Origin: a virus
Taxonomy: Duplodnaviria; Caudoviricetes
Virus record (IMG/VR): IMGVR_UViG_3300025012_000202
Span: 1 to 37,262 of that record
DNA: 37,262 nucleotides
Strand: one strand, 5' to 3'
Positions 8,899 to 18,168 of this stretch are shown one piece after another (position 1 is the first letter of the stretch; the number at the start of each line of letters is the position of its first letter). The notes under the pieces were generated by a model that was given only the letters and a program-made list of their open reading frames with translations, made no database searches and was not told where the DNA came from. Position numbers and translations under genes: made by a program.

Positions 8899-9234
8899 TT
8901 AGTAACCATCAACATCATCATATGTAATAGTGTCTGAATCAGCCTTATAATCATTATTGAACAATGTTATCTTAAAATCCTGTTTTTCTGGAACCATATT
9001 GTCTGATTCTGCTCTATAGTTTTCATAGTCAGCTTCATCTAACAATATAGATCCATCCTTCAAAATATAATTTGGGTATAAATAATTATTTGAAATATCT
9101 CTCAAATTTTTTAAAATTACCATCACTTTTTCTTTTGGGATATTATCTCCATAAAAATCCATTAAAATTTTTGAGGAAGAAGCCATAGATAAAAATTTAC
9201 CCATTGTTATATAAGTATGTTCTAATTTAGTCAT
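8899..9234 (-). CDS. Hypothetical protein
   Basis: GGAG SD; operon-strand ORF. Confidence 0.65.
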   Translation of the reverse strand: MTKLEHTYITMGKFLSMASSSKILMDFYGDNIPKEKVMVILKNLRDISNNYLYPNYILKDGSILLDEADYENYRAESDNMVPEKQDFKITLFNNDYKADSDTITYDDVDGY

Positions 9235-9237
9235 TAG

Positions 9238-9531
9238 TTATTTCTCCATCCCATACAAGAATTTTAACACTTGCTTCATTATTACATTGAATTCTTCTTC
9301 TGTTGCTTGATTTAAGTACAACTCATTTTTATACAAATGGTCAAAAGCTTTATCATAATCCTCTTTATATAACAATTTATCATTATTCATATATTCATTA
9401 TATAATATTCTGTAACCAATAAAGTAAAGACCATCATAATCTTCTTTATAAGAAATTAGAGGTCTTTCAGTTAAATTATTCTCCGATTGTATAAAAAGCA
9501 TGTTATTCCTCATCATCACACTCATGATCAC
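9238..9531 (-). CDS. Hypothetical protein (true start probably slightly downstream)
   Basis: Operon-strand ORF; GAGG precedes the internal ATG of MLFIQSE. Confidence 0.6.
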   Translation of the reverse strand: MIMSVMMRNNMLFIQSENNLTERPLISYKEDYDGLYFIGYRILYNEYMNNDKLLYKEDYDKAFDHLYKNELYLNQATEEEFNVIMKQVLKFLYGMEK

Positions 9532-9652
9532 CTATACAAGATTCACATAAATTGTCTAAAGAACAATAATCACAATAATAACCATTATTGATTATCTCTG
9601 CACTACACATACTACATTCTTTTATTACAAAATCTGGCTCACTATCTTGCAT
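9503..9652 (-). CDS. Small Cys-rich zinc-finger-like protein
   Basis: GAGG SD before ATG 9652; CSMC, CDYC, CESC, HEC. Confidence 0.65.
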   Translation of the reverse strand: MQDSEPDFVIKECSMCSAEIINNGYYCDYCSLDNLCESCIGDHECDDEE

Positions 9653-9653
9653 A

Positions 9654-10691
9654 TTATTCCTCAGCATACTTGGGTTTACGCACAACTTTGGCATCTTCTT
9701 CGAGCTTATCCCAGACCTGTTTTACAGCATCCTTAACTTCTTGTTCCTTATTATTATTACTTATAAATTGTATAAAAGCCTCTTTTGCATATGTGTTTTC
9801 ACCATAGGATATTTTACCATTACCTGATTTTAAATAGAATTTCTTATCTATTAAGTAATCCACCATTGACCCTAAATCATCTATACCATATTCAAATAAT
9901 ATATTAAAATTTGCAATTCTGAAAGGTTTCCATACCCTATTCTTTTTAACATTGGCTTTTATCTCAATCCCTGTTGTTATATCTCCATCTTTCATTGGGC
10001 CTTTATTATATAACCAAACGATCTGATATGCGTAGAAGTCTAATGCTTTACCACCACTACGTCTTTTAGTTTCCCCAAAAACAACACCTATGGCATCTCT
10101 TATTTGTGATACTATGACAAGAAGCATATTTTTCTTATTTATCTTTTGTGTTAATTTCCTGAATAATTCAGACATTTTTTTCTGTTTAATCATATTATAA
10201 CTTTTTTGATTAAAATCTTGTTCCAATTCTTCCTCAGTAGAAATAGAATCTAAACTATCCATTACATATATCACCAAATCATACTTATCAGAGGATTCTA
10301 TTTCTTTATTTAAATCTTCATACCAATGTTCAATAGTAGGTGATTGTCTCCATTCAATAGCTTCCACTGGAACACCTATTTGTTTAGCATTCTCCATATT
10401 TATAGCCGATTCTGCATCATTATAAATCATTTTAATATCATATTTCTTTCTAAGAACATGATATATATACATCATTGCTTCTAAGCATAGGAGACTCTTC
10501 CCAATTTGTTTGTCTCCGACAAGATTTATAATCTTACCTACTGGATAACCAAATTCAACACTATTAGTTAATGCTAAATTCAAATTAGTGCTTCCAGAGG
10601 AAATAAATTTTAATTCCCTATCTACTAAACCATTTTCCTCATTATTGATTTCTATATCATCCTCTTCTATGATTTTCTTTTTACGCCCCAT
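9654..10691 (-). CDS. recA: RecA/UvsX recombinase
   Basis: ISSGSTNLNLAL, Walker A GDKQIGKS, YNDAE, VMDSL, SQIRD, SGGKALDFYA, KKNR. Confidence 0.95.
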   Translation of the reverse strand: MGRKKKIIEEDDIEINNEENGLVDRELKFISSGSTNLNLALTNSVEFGYPVGKIINLVGDKQIGKSLLCLEAMMYIYHVLRKKYDIKMIYNDAESAINMENAKQIGVPVEAIEWRQSPTIEHWYEDLNKEIESSDKYDLVIYVMDSLDSISTEEELEQDFNQKSYNMIKQKKMSELFRKLTQKINKKNMLLVIVSQIRDAIGVVFGETKRRSGGKALDFYAYQIVWLYNKGPMKDGDITTGIEIKANVKKNRVWKPFRIANFNILFEYGIDDLGSMVDYLIDKKFYLKSGNGKISYGENTYAKEAFIQFISNNNKEQEVKDAVKQVWDKLEEDAKVVRKPKYAEE

Positions 10692-10851
10692 ACTTATCAC
10701 CCCATCTCTTCAATACTGTCATCATCCTAACATGTGTTACACTCGTATAACTATATTCACCTGTTGTCCCATAAGCCATCAATCTTATAGCTGCAAAGTA
10801 AACCAACCTCTTTGGTAATTTATATGCTATCCATTCGTAAAATTTATCCAT
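10681..10851 (-). CDS. Phage hypothetical protein, 56 aa (not in ORF track)
   Basis: GGAG SD; MDKFYEWIAYKLPKRLVYFAAIRLMAYGTTGEYS...; fills the gap between neighbours. Confidence 0.7.
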   Translation of the reverse strand: MDKFYEWIAYKLPKRLVYFAAIRLMAYGTTGEYSYTSVTHVRMMTVLKRWGDKYGA

Positions 10852-11052
10852 TCATATCTCCCTAAAATAAAGGTTTAATTTATTTAGCAAGGATTCATCA
10901 AAGCATCTATCTGTTTTTACTAAGTTATTTAATTTGTTCAAGTTTTTTATCTGTCCACTAATTCTGAACATGGAGTAGGGTATTTCATCAAGTGGTCTAT
11001 CCAAACTGTAAACCCCTTGTTTTAATTCATAAGCTATCAAAATGGTTTTCAC
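10852..11052 (-). CDS. Hypothetical protein
   Basis: GGAGG SD then GTG overlapping the previous TAG. Confidence 0.55.
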   Translation of the reverse strand: MKTILIAYELKQGVYSLDRPLDEIPYSMFRISGQIKNLNKLNNLVKTDRCFDESLLNKLNLYFREI

Positions 11053-11195
11053 TAATCCTCCCCCATTAAGAAAATACGCCATCCCTCTGTTCCAAAAAAA
11101 TCTTCTTCATCAAGTTTATCTAAAGCTATTATTAAATCTATTAAATAATCTTTTACAAATTCAGCAGACATCCCTTTTACATTTTTAATTTTCAT
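11052..11195 (-). CDS. Phage hypothetical protein, 47 aa (not in ORF track)
   Basis: TAATG coupling to SSB stop; LDKLDEEDFFGTEGWR. Confidence 0.7.
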   Translation of the reverse strand: MKIKNVKGMSAEFVKDYLIDLIIALDKLDEEDFFGTEGWRIFLMGED

Positions 11196-12232
11196 TAACT
11201 GTTCACTCTTTCCCTCAATTTACGCTTCAATGCCTCCTTGGGGTCTTCAGGTTCGGACTCCTCTTTAATTTCTTCTTTAACAACAATAGGCTTTTTTTCA
11301 AGAGCTTCTTTAATTAACCTCTTCAACTTCTTAGTTCCCATTTCCTCAATCTCATTTGCTTCAAAATCCTCACCAAGAATCTCACCTGCAAAAGCCTCAA
11401 GTTGATCTCTATCCATATCAACAATTGTAGTTGCACTTGACACCTCTGGGGCAATAGACTTTTCTTCTGTTTTAACAGTTTCACTCCTTGTAGTGGTTTC
11501 AACACTTGGTGAAACACTCTCTTTTGGTGAAACTTCCTCAGCAATGCCCAAGAAAGCATTCTTAATTTCCTCATAACTTGCGTAGTCAAGAACATCTGTA
11601 AAAGAAATAATACCTTCAAGCCATTTATCCTTTGCCACCGTAGGACTATCATCTAATTGGAAATTCTTGTACTTTGAAAAATTAGTACCTTGTGTTTTCT
11701 CTCTATCGAAATAAATAGCAAGACCATCCTCTATATTTGCTAAATTCAATATTTCATCAGTTGACTTCTTGTAAGATACACCTAAAATATCATCCATAGC
11801 TGTTCGTGGACATGACCAAATCTTAGCTTCTTGATCATTCTCAGGAAGACTTAAATCTATGACCCAAACCAAGTACCTTGTAGTTGGATACAAATCTTTA
11901 GCCATTTCTGGTTCACTATCCCACAAAGAAGCTTGCTGTTCACATATGGGACAATTCATATTTTTCATACGTTTTAGGCATAAAAACTGATCCCCATTCA
12001 CCCCCACATTTGTATGAATATGTACAGTCATACCATAAAAATTAATATTATCATCAGGATGTACAGGCAACAACCTGGTTTTATGTGATTTATCCTCTAC
12101 CTTCCATACCTTATTAGCTATTGAGGAATTAAATATGTACCTCCTATTATCCTTGTCTACATACTTACCCCTATTTTCGTAAGCAGACTTTAACGATTCT
12201 TTACTTGGACTTTTCCATTTATTCTTATCCAT
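11195..12232 (-). CDS. Single-stranded DNA-binding protein, T4 gp32-like
   Basis: RLLP, H..C...CPICE zinc motif, RYLVWVID, KIWS, charged low-complexity C-terminus; next to RecA. Confidence 0.8.
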   Translation of the reverse strand: MDKNKWKSPSKESLKSAYENRGKYVDKDNRRYIFNSSIANKVWKVEDKSHKTRLLPVHPDDNINFYGMTVHIHTNVGVNGDQFLCLKRMKNMNCPICEQQASLWDSEPEMAKDLYPTTRYLVWVIDLSLPENDQEAKIWSCPRTAMDDILGVSYKKSTDEILNLANIEDGLAIYFDREKTQGTNFSKYKNFQLDDSPTVAKDKWLEGIISFTDVLDYASYEEIKNAFLGIAEEVSPKESVSPSVETTTRSETVKTEEKSIAPEVSSATTIVDMDRDQLEAFAGEILGEDFEANEIEEMGTKKLKRLIKEALEKKPIVVKEEIKEESEPEDPKEALKRKLRERVNS

Positions 12233-12458
12233 TAAAACCCTCCTTGATTAATAAAAATGTTAATAATAAAATGGCTACTGTTACTAATCCTAATATTATG
12301 TAAGGTAGTATCCATATTGGCAACAGTACCCAAAACCATTGTATTTGAAGTATATCAAATAAATTTAAGAAAAGCAAGCAAAAATAAAACCCCCAAATAA
12401 ATAAGAGTATTAAATTTGGTAATACTCTACTTCTTTTAATCTTTTTGATTATTTTCAT
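12225..12458 (-). CDS. Small membrane protein (W-F-W-x-L-x-P-x-W-I family)
   Basis: Two hydrophobic segments, IQWFWVLLPIWI. Confidence 0.7.
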   Translation of the reverse strand: MKIIKKIKRSRVLPNLILLFIWGFYFCLLFLNLFDILQIQWFWVLLPIWILPYIILGLVTVAILLLTFLLIKEGFNG

Positions 12459-12736
12459 TTCTTTATAAAAAGGTTTCCAATGCTTGCATCTTTAATACAG
12501 CATATTGTACTCCCATCTTTAGCTGTAAATATAGCGTGTTCATCAGCCATATCCAAAAACCGTGCTATCTCTCCGACTCTTTCAGTATCTTTTCTGAACC
12601 TTCTCTGCCAATAAGGTGATAAATGAATAGCTTTACTAACATTTGTATCATATCCCCAATCTACACCACCATGACCTGGCAAATCGGAAACATAAAGTAT
12701 TTTTTCAAATCTACTCTTATAACCAATACTTTTCAT
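12455..12736 (-). CDS. Hypothetical protein
   Basis: ATGA overlaps at both ends. Confidence 0.65.
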   Translation of the reverse strand: MKSIGYKSRFEKILYVSDLPGHGGVDWGYDTNVSKAIHLSPYWQRRFRKDTERVGEIARFLDMADEHAIFTAKDGSTICCIKDASIGNLFIKK

Positions 12737-13215
12737 TCCTGCCCCTTTTTATCCTGTAACATCTTTTCTCTAAGCCTTTTTTCAATACCTTCTGTTCCTT
12801 TTTGCTTAATTATCTTAGTTTCTACACTCGCCCAATAGCCAGATATGTACAATTCAACTAAAAGCTTGAGCATGTCACGTCTTTGTTGAAACGCCTCTTT
12901 TATTACTTTTGCTTCCTCAACTTCAGCACAAGTATTTAGGTATTTTTGTTGTAAATCAGCATATTGTAGATTTCTTGTAATTTCATTACTAACTATAGCT
13001 TCTGTTACTTTCTTACCTTCAACACTTGCTGTTTCCCTAATTATCCCATCAAGCCTAGCACTGGTTTGGTCAAGTGCTAATTTTAACTCATCTCTATATT
13101 TAGATAGTGAAGCTACTGTTTGTGCATATTGATCGAAAAGAACTGGTTGTTTTAGACAACATTCATCAAGAGCAAATTGGTCTATTTTAAGGTCTTCTTT
13201 ATACATTAATCCCAT
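12733..13215 (-). CDS. UvsY-like recombination mediator
   Basis: DLKID..ALDE...QP, KVTEAIV, AFQQRRDML helical pattern; upstream of SSB and RecA. Confidence 0.75.
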   Translation of the reverse strand: MGLMYKEDLKIDQFALDECCLKQPVLFDQYAQTVASLSKYRDELKLALDQTSARLDGIIRETASVEGKKVTEAIVSNEITRNLQYADLQQKYLNTCAEVEEAKVIKEAFQQRRDMLKLLVELYISGYWASVETKIIKQKGTEGIEKRLREKMLQDKKGQE

Positions 13216-13231
13216 TTATTTCTCCTTTTAT

Positions 13232-13268
13232 GGGGGGTTTTTGCGGATAAGTTCACCCCCCCGAACTC
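13232..13268 (-). promoter_or_regulatory. Predicted H-type RNA pseudoknot next to the RBS
   Basis: GAGUUC/GAACUU stem with loop GGGGGGGU complementary to downstream ACCCCCC; ends a few nt before AAGGAG. Confidence 0.55.
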
Positions 13269-13304
13269 CTGGTGCTTATGGAAAATCCATCAGTCTTTAA
13301 TATA

Positions 13305-14231
13305 TCATAATGAGTGAGCTTTGTAAAGTAAAAAAAGTATTTCTGATTTTTGGCTACCAAATGCAAGGCTTGATAGAAATAATTCTAATTTTTCTGCGTA
13401 AAAGGCTGGGTTATCTCCCTTTCTAATACAAGCTGCTAAATAACCAGCAATGATTATTCGCATTTGTTCCGGTTCTACATTAATATTTTCCAAAGTTTTT
13501 ACTAAGTTTTTCCATTCTACTCTCGGCCTTTTAATAAGCATCCTACACAACTCAATTATCTCAGCTTCCGCTTCTAACTCATCAGCCAAAAGTATACAAA
13601 CTTTTTCAAAATCTTTAATATCCTTGACCTGATTAAGCATTACCAATGCTTTGCGGGGGCATCCTTCTGCTTTGTATACTAACAAATTTAAAATATCCCC
13701 ATGTACTTGTTGGTTTTCTGCTTTCATAACACTAAGTAATAAATTTTCTATTTCTTTATTTGACAAGGATTTTAATGTAAATGATGTGCATCTGTTCTTT
13801 AGAGTAAGTAATAATTTTTGTGTCTCAGTTGTACATAGTAAAAAGTAAGCATGTTTAGGAGAATCTTCTAATAATTTCAATATTGCATTCTGACCCTCTT
13901 TGGTAAGCATTTGGCACTCATCTAGTATGAATACCTTACTTTTTCCAAACAAAGAGGGGTATTTGGCAATTTCATTTAATTCCCTAACAAAGTCCACACC
14001 ACCAGTATTAGCAATATTAACTTCAATTATATCACTTTTATCAGCTTCTAACATATTTGCTATAATTCTTGCAATTGAGGTCTTACCTGTCCCACTTGGG
14101 CCTGAGAAAAGGAAAGCATGGGGAATTTCCTCTTGTTTGAATAGATTCCTAACACTTTCTACAATCTCCTTCTGTCCAAAAATAGCTCCTAAAGTTTGTG
14201 GCCTATATTTATTATGCATTATATCTCCCAT
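13305..14231 (-). CDS. dnaX: Clamp loader AAA+ ATPase, DnaX/RFC-like
   Basis: KYRPQT..IFGQ, GPSGTGKT, ILDECQML, QNAILKLLE, LKNRC, G.PRKAL. Confidence 0.9.
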   Translation of the reverse strand: MGDIMHNKYRPQTLGAIFGQKEIVESVRNLFKQEEIPHAFLFSGPSGTGKTSIARIIANMLEADKSDIIEVNIANTGGVDFVRELNEIAKYPSLFGKSKVFILDECQMLTKEGQNAILKLLEDSPKHAYFLLCTTETQKLLLTLKNRCTSFTLKSLSNKEIENLLLSVMKAENQQVHGDILNLLVYKAEGCPRKALVMLNQVKDIKDFEKVCILLADELEAEAEIIELCRMLIKRPRVEWKNLVKTLENINVEPEQMRIIIAGYLAACIRKGDNPAFYAEKLELFLSSLAFGSQKSEILFLLYKAHSL

Positions 14232-14476
14232 TTATAACATCTCCCATATACTTCTATTAAATCCTCTTCTGTGGTACTTTCAAAGAAGTTTATGTATGCT
14301 CCTCCACAATGTGGATGGATTGTTTTCATATTGTTAATCCATTTTTTAATAATGAATTCTCTGATTTCTGGTTCTGGAATTTCTTTAATAAAATTTAATG
14401 GTATAACTCCAATTAATTCCCAACCAATGCCAACTATCATAACCAACAATAGTATAGTTATCAGAAATTTATTCAT
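14219..14476 (-). CDS. Hypothetical membrane-anchored protein
   Basis: N-terminal hydrophobic helix; ATGA overlap. Confidence 0.6.
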   Translation of the reverse strand: MNKFLITILLLVMIVGIGWELIGVIPLNFIKEIPEPEIREFIIKKWINNMKTIHPHCGGAYINFFESTTEEDLIEVYGRCYKWEI

Positions 14477-14685
14477 TCCAATTTTCCAATATTGATTAAT
14501 AATTTTTCCATATCAATTTCTTCAGTTATGCATGTGTTATCTGGCCTTACAAGTGTAAAAGTAGGAGTTATTTTTATAACATTATTTCTAATAGTATTAC
14601 CACAAAGAGAATACCTTATATGACAACCAAGTTTTAAATACTCTTCTAATAAATATAGGAGTTTTTTATAGTTAGTTCTCTGCAT
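14473..14685 (-). CDS. Hypothetical protein
   Basis: ATG directly downstream of a consensus promoter. Confidence 0.6.
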   Translation of the reverse strand: MQRTNYKKLLYLLEEYLKLGCHIRYSLCGNTIRNNVIKITPTFTLVRPDNTCITEEIDMEKLLINIGKLE

Positions 14686-14691
14686 AGTTTA

Positions 14692-14720
14692 AATATATAC
14701 TTATTATTTAGGATTGTCAA
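14692..14720 (-). promoter_or_regulatory. Sigma70-type promoter, probably leaderless
   Basis: TTGACA-N17-TATATT, 6 nt before ATG 14685, no SD. Confidence 0.7.
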
Positions 14721-17152
14721 GCATAAAAAACTTCCTTAATTGGTAAGGTGTGATACCAATCAAAGCCGATTGATCCCTCTACAACCAAGGGTGTGTCACC
14801 CATAAAGTCATATTGTTTTAGTTCCATTATTCCTTGTATTTCTTCAATAGCATATTTAGCCTCTTGTTCTTTAACACAAGCCACGAGTTCGTCATGGCAG
14901 TTAAGATACAACCAATATCCCCTTCTTGATATTTTATTCATCATTTTACTAACAATACTTGCTGCCCCACCTTGGATCGGTGTGTTTAGAATTTCATTTG
15001 TTGTTAATGGGGCGTATCTCCTACGTCCTGGTGGTATTTCAACGTATCTCTTCTTTTCATAAAATTTTAAAACACCTTCTTGCCATTCCAATATTTCTGG
15101 AAAATCTGACCATAATTTTTCAAGTAGCATTTCTGCTTTTGATTCCGAAATACCCAATCTTTTAGCTGTGGATTTTGGCTTAGACCCATAGAAGGATGGA
15201 AATACAAATTCATTTTTAGCCCTATACCTCATTGCTTTAACAGCACTTTTTGTAGCATTACCAATAACATCTTGTCCCCAAATCTCAATGGCTTTATCCA
15301 TATGGATGTCGTAGCCTGTTTTTATCATTTCTATTAAAGACCTGCAATTACTAACAGCAGCTAAAACCCTTGCTTCTAATTGTGCTTGATCAAATATAAT
15401 TAATACATATCCTTCAGGGGAAACAATTATTTGTCTAATTTCGGGATGCTTTCTCTTATCTAAGTTTTGCAAATTTATATTTCTAGCACTCAAACGTCCA
15501 GTTTCCACAGGAAAAAAGGATGTATGATATTTACCATCAGGAAAAATGCAATCTGTGTACCCTTTAAGTATTTTACCCTCAATACCTGAGTATTCCCTAT
15601 ACTTTAACAATAATTCACAAAATCTACTCTGTCCTACATAAGTTTGTAAAACCTCTTTATCCACTGCTGGTTTTCCAGCTTTTTTGGTTTTCTTGAATGA
15701 ATCCAAATTTTCTATCTGAAACAATATTATAGGAATATCCTTACTATTAGATTTCAAAGCAGGTGCTTTCCCATACTTATTTTTAAATATTGTCACACTC
15801 TCCAAACTAAGTAATTCTTTTTCAATGCTCTCTCTTTCAATTACATAGTCTTTTAATAAATTATCTCTACTCTCTTCATTGGTACAAGCTCCATCGAATT
15901 GCATCTGTGCAATAGTTATTGAAGTTTCTAATTGTTCTCTATAACACATATCCAATACTTTATCTTTATTTAATTGTTTTTCCTGCATTTTAAAAAGTCT
16001 ATATTCCCAAATAGAATCCTTTGCATTATATTCAAGCAATTCCTCTATGGGTAATTGTGTAAAATCCTCCATTATGGAATCAGGATAAGTTTTCCAACTA
16101 ACACCAAAATTTGTGAATGCTAAAAAGTCTAAGTTGTGTGTCCCATTACGGCAATCCAATATATATTTTTGAAGCATGGAATCTTCAATATTTACAATAT
16201 CAATACCTAAGATAGCCTTTGACCATTCCATTTCAAATACAGAATTATGTGCAACTTTAACACTTCTTGGACTTGTTAATAGGTCTGAAAATCTACTCTT
16301 TATCTGTTTTTCCTGCTCATCTGTCCAATATTTTTTCTTATCTATATGTGTATGATAACTTATAGGAAAGGCATAAACTGTTTCACCATCAAAGGTAATG
16401 GCACTTGTTAATATTTTGGAATGTTCAAAATATGGTTTTAATCCAATAGTTTCTATATCAAATACAAAAAAATCCTTACCATCAGCCATATCAAAAAAAC
16501 TCGTAACTGCTTGATATGTCAGTAATTTAATAATTTTGAAAGGTTTTGGTTGTGGAAGTGGGACAGAAAGCAAATCAGGGACTATGGACAAATCTTCTCT
16601 CAATACTTTTAAAGAATCGGTGTAATTTGTCCCCTTAGTCCAATAATATTTATTATCTGAAACACCGTCTTTTAGAATCTTAGTCATTGGGAAAGTGGGA
16701 ACTACCCAACAATTAAAGTCATGAAAAGGAATAAGTCTACCCCTCCAACCATGAATCCCAGGCTCAGACCTATTGAATAAAGATTTTATAGAAAAATTAC
16801 CCATTGCAATAATTACTTTTGGTTTAACTTTTTTAATATCCTCTAATACTTTTGAACGGCACATATTTATTTGCACATCTGTAGGCCCATCTCCAACTGC
16901 TTTACAATTAATAGCATTATTGTATCTGACTTTTTCAGGATTAACCTTTAAATATTCTAAAATAGCTCTCAGAACATCTCCGCTTTGCCCCGAATAAGGT
17001 TTTCCAATAAGGTCATCCCTCTCTGAAGGATTCTCACCCAATATGTAAATATCTGCTTTCTCAGGCCCTATAGGAGACATCTCTGGGGTATGACACTTCT
17101 TGGATAAATCACAATTGACACAAAAAGGTAGTTTTAATTCATCAAATGGCAT
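14717..17152 (-). CDS. polA: Family A DNA polymerase with N-terminal UDG family-4-like domain and 3'-5' exonuclease
   Basis: CVNCDL..GENP..NC; exonuclease DIET, AHN..FE, YNAKD; TGRLS..NLQN, DQAQLEAR, R..AK....F...YG, NTPIQG, HDEL. Confidence 0.95.
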   Translation of the reverse strand: MPFDELKLPFCVNCDLSKKCHTPEMSPIGPEKADIYILGENPSERDDLIGKPYSGQSGDVLRAILEYLKVNPEKVRYNNAINCKAVGDGPTDVQINMCRSKVLEDIKKVKPKVIIAMGNFSIKSLFNRSEPGIHGWRGRLIPFHDFNCWVVPTFPMTKILKDGVSDNKYYWTKGTNYTDSLKVLREDLSIVPDLLSVPLPQPKPFKIIKLLTYQAVTSFFDMADGKDFFVFDIETIGLKPYFEHSKILTSAITFDGETVYAFPISYHTHIDKKKYWTDEQEKQIKSRFSDLLTSPRSVKVAHNSVFEMEWSKAILGIDIVNIEDSMLQKYILDCRNGTHNLDFLAFTNFGVSWKTYPDSIMEDFTQLPIEELLEYNAKDSIWEYRLFKMQEKQLNKDKVLDMCYREQLETSITIAQMQFDGACTNEESRDNLLKDYVIERESIEKELLSLESVTIFKNKYGKAPALKSNSKDIPIILFQIENLDSFKKTKKAGKPAVDKEVLQTYVGQSRFCELLLKYREYSGIEGKILKGYTDCIFPDGKYHTSFFPVETGRLSARNINLQNLDKRKHPEIRQIIVSPEGYVLIIFDQAQLEARVLAAVSNCRSLIEMIKTGYDIHMDKAIEIWGQDVIGNATKSAVKAMRYRAKNEFVFPSFYGSKPKSTAKRLGISESKAEMLLEKLWSDFPEILEWQEGVLKFYEKKRYVEIPPGRRRYAPLTTNEILNTPIQGGAASIVSKMMNKISRRGYWLYLNCHDELVACVKEQEAKYAIEEIQGIMELKQYDFMGDTPLVVEGSIGFDWYHTLPIKEVFYA

Positions 17153-18154
17153 TTAATCCACCAATGTAGATATAAGCATAGTTGTTTCATTTTTCCCACA
17201 AAGACCTTTAATTTCTTCCTCACCCTTTGTTAGTATATGAACAGAATCAAAAACAAAAAGTTTTTTCAAGTATTCTGTGGTTATTTTGAAATAGAACTCT
17301 TTTGTATCTGTAGCAATTTCAATAACTTCTGTTATATTTGGGGTACTTATAGTCATAGCATTGTCTTTTATATTAATACTTACTACCTCATCAAAAAGAC
17401 TCACCCTACCCAAAATATCCCTAATTTCCTCAGTTGCTTCTATTCTAAAAATTGGTACATACTTCTTAACCAAAGCATCAAAATCTGGGCAATTTGGTTG
17501 TTCATAATTTGAGGAATATAGAGTTACCCCTTCTCCTACAGCCTTAAATCCACAAGAATATATCTCCAATGTTTTAAAAGTTGACTTAAATTTTAGTAAA
17601 AGTTTTATGAAAGTAGAGGGGATAAATATAAAATTTTCATAATCTATATCCATATCATTTATAAAAATAATTTCTCTATTACTACTATAGATTTTCTTAT
17701 TTTTTAAATACACACCACAAAAAGTTACATCATTTTTTGATGCAAATTGTGAAGCCTTTTCCAAAGTTTTTATGAATTCTAAGGATAAAGCAATGTTACA
17801 TAACAAATCTTTTTCGGAATATTTTAAAGAAGGTGAATCTGGAAAACTATTTAAATCCTCTGTGGGTATTGTAAATTTATTCCTTTTACCATAAGTAATA
17901 TCTAATGTATTTGCATTTACAGTAAATTTTAAATCCACGTCTTTATCCATAGATGTTAAGAATTTACTCATTTTCTCTGACAATACAAGGGCATTAAAAG
18001 GCATATTGAAATCAAGCACAGTTTCTATATATGATTCCATATTTGAAACCTTTACAATAGTATCTTTCACATAAGTATATTCTGTTATAGGTGAGAATCC
18101 TTTTCCTAATATTGATGATATTTCAAAAATCTTTTTCAATTCATTTACCTGCAT
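17153..18154 (-). CDS. dnaN: DNA polymerase sliding clamp, beta-like
   Basis: 333 aa; SNMESYI, FPD.P, FASK.D..F.GVYL, SSN, IFIP, PDFD pattern; adjacent to polymerase. Confidence 0.75.
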   Translation of the reverse strand: MQVNELKKIFEISSILGKGFSPITEYTYVKDTIVKVSNMESYIETVLDFNMPFNALVLSEKMSKFLTSMDKDVDLKFTVNANTLDITYGKRNKFTIPTEDLNSFPDSPSLKYSEKDLLCNIALSLEFIKTLEKASQFASKNDVTFCGVYLKNKKIYSSNREIIFINDMDIDYENFIFIPSTFIKLLLKFKSTFKTLEIYSCGFKAVGEGVTLYSSNYEQPNCPDFDALVKKYVPIFRIEATEEIRDILGRVSLFDEVVSINIKDNAMTISTPNITEVIEIATDTKEFYFKITTEYLKKLFVFDSVHILTKGEEEIKGLCGKNETTMLISTLVD

Positions 18155-18168
18155 TTTTTATCCTCCTA

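Noticed and set aside
11323-11652. 109 aa alternative-frame ORF inside the SSB gene
   Set aside because: Fully nested, no SD, and explained by the low-complexity coding sequence.
13232-13262. Rho-independent terminator
   Set aside because: No U-tract follows the stem on either strand, and the nested complementarity fits a pseudoknot better.
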